A DNA stretch of 48,000 nucleotides, taken from Tolypothrix carrinoi HA7290-LM1. Lineage in GTDB: Bacteria; Cyanobacteriota; Cyanobacteriia; Cyanobacteriales; Nostocaceae. A program made the translations under genes and the position numbers. The notes beneath the pieces are model-generated. The model made no database searches. It was not told where the DNA came from and was given only the letters and a program-made list of their open reading frames with translations. Every line of letters begins with the position of its first letter. The stretch's first letter is position 1. Where the stretch lies: NCBI GenBank assembly GCA_019358935.1, contig JAHHIK010000063.1, forward strand, positions 1 through 48,000. The letters run 5' to 3'. This document shows positions 1 to 6,274 of this stretch, piece by piece.

Positions 1-237
1 ATTAATAGTGTTTTTAGAGTTTCAACGGATTCCGTAATATCTATTTTAACTACCCCACACATTGTCCATCTCCTCAGCATAAATCTTCTTTACCATCTGT
101 AGCATATTTAAAATAAAATGGTATCAGGAGCAGTTTTTTATTGGTTTGATTTACTTCAGGAATGATATCTTTTATCAAATTTGGATTTAATCTAGAAAAA
201 ATGTTTAGCTTATTGTCCCAATCGAGATTTATTTTAT

Positions 238-430
238 CCGCCTTCGGCGGAAGGCAGAAGGCAGAGGGCAGAGGGCAGAAGGTATAAATTATGTCTTTGA
301 TTCAGCCTTCTGGCTGGAGCCAACTGGGTATAAAACCCCACCGTCTACACGGTGGATTCAATCGGTTGGGGTTTGAATCCCCATCCGATTGCTCCTTCAG
401 CATAGCTGCCTCCTGCCCTCTGCCTTTCTT
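238..430. repeat. MITE-like palindromic element: inverted arms of GGCAGAG/GGCAGAA heptamers around a hairpin-rich core of about 120 bp
   Basis: The left arm at 253-282 reads (GGCAGAA)(GGCAGAG)(GGCAGAG)(GGCAGAA)GG and is preceded by the hairpin ccgcc-ttc-ggcgg (238-250). The right arm at 406-428 (ctgcctcctgccctctgcctttc) is its approximate reverse complement. The core contains the hairpins cagcc-ttct-ggctg, ccaccg-tctaca-cggtgg and caatcgg/tgggg-tttgaat-cccca/ccgattg. There is no ORF. Confidence 0.5.
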
Positions 431-728
431 CAAATCGTAGAGATAATATTGTTACCATAGACCTACTTCAATATTTTCAAGCTGCTTTATTTTTTCGGTT
501 TAGGTTTTTATATTTAATGTATTTTTTGACTATTACATTGATTTTTCAATAAAAGATGAGTGGTGTTTGATAAATTATCGATTGCTTGAACTATCAACTT
601 TATGTCTATTGAGTCAGCTAAATAGTAGTGAAAAAGGAGTTTTGAGAGAATTAAATAGTTAATAAGGGTGAGGTAATAAAGCAAAACCGAACCCCCAAAA
701 AACAACTTAATTCAGGAATAAAAAGACA

Positions 729-911
729 ATGGCTACTATCAAAATTAACAACTTAAATGCTGCTGGATCGGAACTTTTCAGCGATTCTGAAAGCTTTCTT
801 AATGACTTGACAGAAAATGAAATTGAAAATCTAATTGGCGCAGGTTGGTATATTCGTTTTTCAGTTAATAACAGAGGTATACAAGTTTGCTTTAGTTGGG
901 CGTGGCGTTAA
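729..911 (+). CDS. Double-glycine-type leader precursor peptide (bacteriocin/RiPP-like), 60 aa
   Basis: The leader MATIKINNLNAAGSELFSDSESFLNDLTENEIENLIGA fits the L(-12)-S/T(-11)-x-x-E(-8)-L/I(-7)-x-x-I/L(-4)-x-G-G/A consensus. The core is about 21-22 aa, Trp-rich and cationic (GWYIRFSVNNRGIQVCFSWAWR). It is paralogous to the next ORF and adjacent to a C39/ABC remnant. Confidence 0.6.
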   Translation: MATIKINNLNAAGSELFSDSESFLNDLTENEIENLIGAGWYIRFSVNNRGIQVCFSWAWR

Positions 912-938
912 TTAACGTCTAACAAAGAATTTACAATG

Positions 939-990
939 GGTTACTAGATTTAGTCACCAATATCTACTTTATCTAGTAAACCAATTTTTA
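939..990 (+). terminator. Weak stem-loop plus T-rich tract between the two precursor genes (possible attenuator or processing hairpin)
   Basis: ggttactagat (939-949) pairs with atctagtaaacc (971-982). That gives 11 bp with one bulged A and a 21-nt loop, followed by aattttta. The stem is AT-rich, so stability is modest. Confidence 0.25.
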
Positions 991-1022
991 CTCATGATTT
1001 ACAAAGAATGGAGATTTTAAAA

Positions 1023-1241
1023 ATGGCTACTATCAAAATTAACAACCTCAATACTGCTGGCTCTGACTTTTCCAACGATTATGAAAGCTATCTCAATGAG
1101 CTAACAGATGAAGAAATGAATATGACAGGTGGTTCTTCAGTATACCGTTATTTCGCTGGCACTTTGTTGGAATTAATAGGTCGGGCTTACCAAGTGGGAC
1201 GCCAACAGCGTCGAAATGATAATGCATGTTATCCACGGTAA
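1023..1241 (+). CDS. Double-glycine-type leader precursor peptide, paralog 2 (72 aa from ATG 1023)
   Basis: The leader MATIKINNLNTAGSDFSNDYESYLNELTDEEMNMTGG aligns with the leader of 729..911. A GGAG lies 9-10 nt upstream of ATG 1023, which favours this start over the ORF-track start at 1008. The cationic core is SSVYRYFAGTLLELIGRAYQVGRQQRRNDNACYPR. Confidence 0.6.
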   Translation: MATIKINNLNTAGSDFSNDYESYLNELTDEEMNMTGGSSVYRYFAGTLLELIGRAYQVGRQQRRNDNACYPR

Positions 1242-1312
1242 TTGCTTTAGCTATATTTTTACGGCTACAACTGACGGCTGTAAGTGAGCTTAATGCTGAA
1301 TAGAAAAGCTAT

Positions 1313-1400
1313 GTTCCTTGGCTCTGCCAGGGAACGACACATAGGAGGCAGAGCCTCTGTGAGGGCATTCCCAGGTGGAACCTGGGAACGAGGGGACGAG
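1313..1400. repeat. Cluster of three palindromic hairpins (Nostocales small-dispersed-repeat-like) between convergent gene ends
   Basis: gttccttggctctgccagggaac (1313-1335) is a near-palindrome. Two further hairpins are gaggc-aga-gcctc (about 1345-1357) and ttcccagg-tggaa-cctgggaa (1368-1388). The element shares the GGCAGAG motif with the element at 238-430. It lies between the + strand peptide gene end (1241) and the - strand ABC remnant end (1505), so it may act as a bidirectional terminator. Confidence 0.5.
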
Positions 1401-1504
1401 AGCCAGCGGGTTTATATTTGAACGCATTTACAGTTTCAAATCGCCTTGTTGTAACTTCTTAAATGGGTCAATTAGTAAGTCAATAACCCGACGTTGACGG
1501 ATTA

Positions 1505-2281
1505 TTACTTCATCTGAATAATTTGTTCTGATTCAGCATCAAGGTGACTAGTAGCTTCATCAAAAACCAACACTTGGGGATTACCCAACAAAGCACGAGC
1601 GATCGCCATCCTTTGTCGTTGTCCACCAGATAACATTCCCCCACCTTCACCAATTTGCGTTTCATAGCCCATCGGCAGCTTTGTAATAAACTTATGTGCC
1701 CCTAACGAGCCTATGACCAAGCCTAGTCCCACGGTTGTTAAAGTCAACTCAGACCTTTGTACAACCACACGGTCTAAAATTAACTGAGTAAACAACGGCG
1801 TAATCAATCCAAAAATCTGGATAAAGACGGAAGCAATAAATACTTCCAACAACACAAGCCAGTGAGGTTTGACTAACTCAAATAACTGCCAAAAGGGAGT
1901 ACTATCATTTTTGGTTTCTTTAACTAAGGCTGTGGGTTCTAGTAACAAGGTATTGCCAGTCCAACCAGCTTTAAATTCTGCATGGCTGAGGCTGCGCTGA
2001 CCGATCGCAGGATCGGCTAAAATTACGTGTTTGTGCGTCACCTCATAGACAACGACATAGTGATTGCCTTCCCAGTGCGCGATCGCCACTAAAGATTGTT
2101 CAGCTAGTTTGTCTAAGCTAGCTTTCACAGGTCGAGTCGAAAAGCCAATGCTTTCTGCCGCTGCTACTAACCCCCGCAGCGAAGCACCATTGCGGTCAAC
2201 ATTAGCTAAGTCCCGCAACCGATTAAGACTAAAACGCTTAATTCGCTCGCCAGATGCTTGCTTAACCATTGCGCTGTCCAA
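1505..2281 (-). pseudogene. Remnant of a C39-peptidase-domain bacteriocin-processing ABC exporter (N-truncated, internally deleted, C-truncated)
   Basis: The translation keeps the C-terminal half of a C39 domain (..[42 protein letters not shown]) and one TM helix. At about nt 1690-1715 it jumps directly to [51 protein letters not shown] (Q-loop, signature and Walker B). The catalytic Cys of C39, TM3-6, Walker A and the H-loop are all absent. Confidence 0.8.
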
Positions 2282-2595
2282 CAGCGAAATGGATAGCCAA
2301 ATTCTTTTGGACTGCGGCTAACTAATTCCTTCAAACGTTCCTGATACTGGTCATTAACGGTTTTGGGTCTGCCAAGAGGGGAAGCATTCGAGTTGTGAGC
2401 TTCACCTGAGGATGCCACCAAAATCCAATGCCGTACCGTGACACGAGAGCAGCCTAACTGTTTACAGATTTGGCTCTGGGTTTTGCCTTCATCGGCTAGC
2501 AGCATAATTTGAACATTCTTCCGTCCCGCATTCCTCGCGACGTGTCGCCGGACAGAATATAAGTGTCCGGCGAACCGTCGCGTCCATGTAATCAT
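2206..2595 (-). mobile_element. IS630 (Tc1/mariner)-family transposase N-terminal fragment (pseudogene)
   Basis: The HTH region LLADEGKTQSQICKQLGCSRVTVRHWI and ..[42 protein letters not shown] are typical of IS630 N-termini. No DDE catalytic domain follows. The reading frame runs into the C39/ABC remnant at about 2230-2290. Confidence 0.7.
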
Positions 2596-3626
2596 GGGCG
2601 GGGTTAGGGACGGGCAGATTTTATGCTACTCTGGTTGGACGTATCCGTGTATATCCGGTTGGAAAGCTTTAACTAACGGCAAGAACGGACACCTGGAGTT
2701 ATCTAATCTTGGCAAGATCCGGATGCGGGGAACCGCTCGTACCTGGGGTAAACCTACTACTTGTACCATAGTTTATCGTTCTGGTATTTGGTACGCTTCA
2801 ATTACCGTACAATGTAATCCAGTAAGAGTTACTGGTACAGGTGCAATTGGGCTAGATTTTGGCTCTCCATAATGCTGTTGCAATGAGTGATGGGACTTTA
2901 ATTGAAAATCCTCGTTATGGGGCAAAGCTAAAGCAACAAATTGCAAAGGCATCACTATCAAAGCGACGCAAGCGAAGTCCTAATTTTAAGAAAAAGATAA
3001 AAGCTTCTAACCGATGGAAAAAGGCTAGTAGAAAGGTAGCTTCATTGCAACGCAAATCCGCTAATAAAAGGCAAGATTGGGTTCATAAAACTGCCACACA
3101 AATTGTTAGCTGTAATAGCTTGGTGGCAACAGAGAAACTTGATCTCAAAAATATGACTCGTAAGGCTAAAAAAGGCAGCACTCGAAAGGCTCAAAAAACT
3201 GGGCTTAACCGCTCGATTCTCGATGTGGGGATGGGGATGTTGAGAACAGCTATTGAGTATAAACTGTCTGAGTGTGAGGGAGTTTTTGTGGAAGTCCCTA
3301 CAAAAACTGTTAAGCCGAGCCAAACTTGCCCAAACTGCGGAATCAAAAAAAAGAAAGAATTATCAGAGCGAATCCACAATTGTCCATGTGGATTTACGTC
3401 TGACCGCGATGTAGCGGCAGCGATGGTCATGCTCAATTGGGCAATGGGGGCGGGAACCGACCTCAATAAACGTGGATTGGATAGCTCTACTTCTATTCAC
3501 TGTGGTGGATTTAAGCAACTGTTCGAGATGAAGCGTTACTATACCTCGTCCATCTTCTTAGATGGGCGGGGTAAGTTCATGAAACTTCCAAATATAAGAA
3601 AGATTAGCTTGGTAATTCGCGAATGA
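2594..3626 (+). mobile_element. tnpB: IS200/IS605-family TnpB (OrfB, RNA-guided nuclease family) remnant, 5'-truncated and frameshifted
   Basis: Two overlapping frames (2594..2872 and 2859..3626) together give LELSNLGKIRMRG..TIVYRSGIWYASITVQ..AIGLDFG then a frameshift near 2858-2872 then LALHNAVAMSDGTLIENPRY. RuvC-I Asp is at 2855-2857 and RuvC-II Glu (ATEKL) at 3132-3134. The Zn finger is CPNCG...CPCG (about 3327-3392) and RuvC-III is SDRDVAAA (about 3400). About 100 N-terminal aa are missing and no tnpA is present. Confidence 0.8.
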
Positions 3627-4094
3627 TATTCAAAGAACCACTTTTCTTTTCCACATAAGAGTGAAAAGTCAGTTTGGCTGAAAGCTTGAAATTGCGTTAA
3701 TTGTTCTGTTTCTAGTTGAGAATTCTGCCCATTTTTGGGGTAAAAGCACACGAACCTTCTTATTTTTTCTGCTACCCCCAAGTATTGAGGGGATACGACA
3801 AAGGGATACTTAAAATGGTGTACTATGACAAATGTGAATAAAGACCTGCGTTAACAAATAGACCGTCCAAGTCAATCGAGCCATTTCAACACACTGCCAT
3901 TTCTTGACGGAAGTCAAAACTTGTTGCGGTTAAGCTTGGTTTATAATTGATTTTTTCGCACAGGCGCTATTGGTTCAGTCTAACGATTCTCAATCAGGTC
4001 TTTATCGGTTGCCTCAATCTTAAAACTGAATTTTTACAATTTAGTTTTGAGAATATTACTCATTTCATACTTTTAGCACACAAAGCTTAACATT

Positions 4095-5129
4095 ATGCAA
4101 ACATTTGAATCTCAAAATAAATTTGCAGAAGAAATTTATTCAAAAATCAATAACGGGATTTTAGGAACCATAGGTAATACACCATTGATCGAGCTAAAAA
4201 ATGTCTTCAAAGATGCTCACTTTCAAGTTTTTGCCAAATTGGAAATGTTTAATCCAGGAGGTAGCATCAAAGACCGTTCAGCCATAAATATGCTCAAAAA
4301 TGCGTTATTGAGAGGAGATATTAAAGCCAGAAGTACAATTATTGAATCTAGCTCGGGAAATTTAGGTGTAGGGTTGGCACAAGTATGCGCTTTTCTCAAC
4401 TTACGTTTTATCTGTGTAGTTGATCCCAAAACAACCCAACAAAATATTAACATTCTTAAAGCATATGGGGCAGAGGTTGATCTTGTCACAAAACCAGATT
4501 CAATTACAGGTGATTTCTTACCAACTCGCATTAACCGAGTGAAATCATTATTGGCTTCTATTCCTAATAGTTATTGGTGTAATCAATATGCTAACTTAGA
4601 TAACGCGATCGCTCATTATCAGACAATGAATGAAATTGTAACAGCCCTCAACGGAAAACTTGACTATTTATTCTGTGCTACTAGTAGCTGTGGCACACTC
4701 CGTGGCTGCTCTGAATATGTTAGAAGTAACAATCTCAACACAAAAGTTATTGCTGTTGATGCAAAGGGAAGTGTTATATTCGGTGACAAAAGAGGTAAAC
4801 GGCTTTTACCAGGTCATGGTGCAGCACGAGTCCCAGAATTGTTCGAGCCTGGACTAGAGGATGAATGCGTGCATATATCTGATTTAGAATGTGTTATGGG
4901 CTGTCGTCATTTGCTTTGTTGGGAAGCGATATTAGCTGGAGGCTCATCAGGAGGAATTATAACCGCAATTGCAAAAAAAACAGCAGAAATTCCAAAAGGT
5001 GCTACTTGCGTTGCTATTCTATGCGATCGCGGTGAGCGCTACCTGGACACAGTTTATTCAGACACTTGGGTCGAAGAACACTTTGGTAAGTTGAATGGAA
5101 CTATATTCAGCCCAGTAGCTAACACTTAA
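4095..5129 (+). CDS. sbnA: PLP-dependent cysteine-synthase-fold enzyme, SbnA-like (2,3-diaminopropionate biosynthesis, step 1)
   Basis: 344 aa. GNTPLIEL, FNPGGSIKDRSA (PLP lysine) and ESSSGNLG are hallmarks of the CysK/CBS fold. The gene sits directly upstream of an ornithine-cyclodeaminase-family gene, as in sbnA-sbnB and sulG-sulH pairs. Confidence 0.75.
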   Translation: MQTFESQNKFAEEIYSKINNGILGTIGNTPLIELKNVFKDAHFQVFAKLEMFNPGGSIKDRSAINMLKNALLRGDIKARSTIIESSSGNLGVGLAQVCAFLNLRFICVVDPKTTQQNINILKAYGAEVDLVTKPDSITGDFLPTRINRVKSLLASIPNSYWCNQYANLDNAIAHYQTMNEIVTALNGKLDYLFCATSSCGTLRGCSEYVRSNNLNTKVIAVDAKGSVIFGDKRGKRLLPGHGAARVPELFEPGLEDECVHISDLECVMGCRHLLCWEAILAGGSSGGIITAIAKKTAEIPKGATCVAILCDRGERYLDTVYSDTWVEEHFGKLNGTIFSPVANT

Positions 5130-5178
5130 CCTAGTAATAAGACTTTAATAATAATTATTAAAAAGGAAGGTATTTACT

Positions 5179-6213
5179 ATAAACTACGATAACGTACTTC
5201 TTCTAAAAGGTGATGAGATTCTTACTCTCTTCAACAAACGCGAACAGGAAATCCTGGAAATTGTCAAATTAGCATATCAAATACATTCGCAAGGTGATAG
5301 TAGCTTGCCTCATTCTAGTTTCTTGCGTTTCCCTAATAAGCAGAAGGAGCGAATTATTGCCTTGCCAGCTTACCTGGGTGGTGAGTTAAATACGGCAGGC
5401 ATTAAATGGATTGCTTCTTTCCCAGCCAATTTAGCTATGGGTATAGAGAGAGCCTCAGCTGTTTTAATCATAAATTCCACAGAAACCGGACGCCCACAAG
5501 CTATTATGGAAGGCTCTGTTATTAGTGCCAAACGCACTGCTGCTAGTGCGGCAATTGCTGCTCATTATCTACGAGGCAAGCAATCATTAACTACAGTTGG
5601 TCTGATTGGCTGTGGTTTGATTAATTTTGAGACTGTTCGGTTTCTTTTAAGCACTCGCCCAGAAATAGAAACTCTGTTCATTTATGATTTGCTCAGAGAA
5701 AAAGCCGAGCAATTCAAACGTAAATGTCAGCAAATAACTGATAAATTGGAAATTGTAATTTTTGAAGAAGCAAATGCTGTTTTGAAAAATGCCTCTCTAA
5801 TCTCCCTGGCAACAACCGCAAGCCAACCCCATATATTCGATATTTCCTTCTTCCAACAGAACAGCATAATTTTGCACACTTCTCTACGAGACTTGTCACC
5901 TGAGATAATTTTATCTGCTGATAACATTGTTGATGACATAGACCATGTTTGCCGCGCTCAAACATCTATTCATCTTACTGAACAACAAACGGGGAACCGA
6001 AAATTTATCAGATGTACCCTTGGTGATATACTCAATGGCATTGCCCCCCCTCGGCAAGACAACAGTAAAATTGCTGTATTCAGTCCTTTTGGGCTGGGCA
6101 TACTCGACCTCGCTTTAGGTCAGTTAGCCTACAAATTAGCGTCGGAGCAAAACTTAGGAACTGCGATCGCATCATTTTTCCCAGTTTCTTGGTTACAGCG
6201 CGAAGAATATTAA
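5179..6213 (+). CDS. sbnB: Ornithine cyclodeaminase/mu-crystallin-family NAD enzyme, SbnB-like (2,3-diaminopropionate biosynthesis, step 2); start codon uncertain
   Basis: Family features are AKRTAASAAIAAHYL and the Rossmann motif GLIGCGLINFE. The ORF track starts at TTG 5305, but the in-frame upstream translation INYDNVLLLKGDEILTLFNKREQEILEIVKLAYQIHSQGDSS looks like the genuine N-terminus. The last in-frame stop is at 5152-5154, and an AAGGAAGG SD at 5163-5170 lies 8 nt before ATA 5179. No ATG, GTG or TTG is available in that stretch. Confidence 0.7.
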   Translation: MNYDNVLLLKGDEILTLFNKREQEILEIVKLAYQIHSQGDSSLPHSSFLRFPNKQKERIIALPAYLGGELNTAGIKWIASFPANLAMGIERASAVLIINSTETGRPQAIMEGSVISAKRTAASAAIAAHYLRGKQSLTTVGLIGCGLINFETVRFLLSTRPEIETLFIYDLLREKAEQFKRKCQQITDKLEIVIFEEANAVLKNASLISLATTASQPHIFDISFFQQNSIILHTSLRDLSPEIILSADNIVDDIDHVCRAQTSIHLTEQQTGNRKFIRCTLGDILNGIAPPRQDNSKIAVFSPFGLGILDLALGQLAYKLASEQNLGTAIASFFPVSWLQREEY

Positions 6214-6274
6214 GTCACTAAGTACCAACATACATATATCATATATACATAACATTTAAATCATATGGATTTAT

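Noticed and set aside
1-80. A minus-strand reading frame (MLRRWTMCGVVKIDITESVETLKTLL..) that is open to the left edge of the window.
   Set aside because: Only about 26 codons are visible and there is no recognisable motif. It cannot be distinguished from chance, and it may be the 5' end of a gene lying outside the window.
514-705. A 63-aa minus-strand ORF with a hydrophobic N-terminus, divergent from the first precursor peptide (possible immunity protein).
   Set aside because: It has a TTG start with no SD. It lies in a very AT-rich stretch where such ORFs arise by chance, and it would overlap the likely promoter of the peptide gene. It has no recognisable motif.
1008-1022. The upstream ATG (1008) given by the ORF track as the start of the second precursor peptide.
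   Set aside because: The paralog alignment begins at MATIKINNLN, and the GGAG SD is correctly spaced for ATG 1023. The extra MEILK would include the SD itself.
2064-3781. ORFs antisense to or overlapping the ABC remnant, the IS630 fragment and TnpB (2064..2321+, 2773..2961-, 3042..3323-, 3191..3466-, 3539..3781-).
   Set aside because: They have no motifs. They overlap regions whose opposite-strand or alternate-frame translation has clear family similarity.
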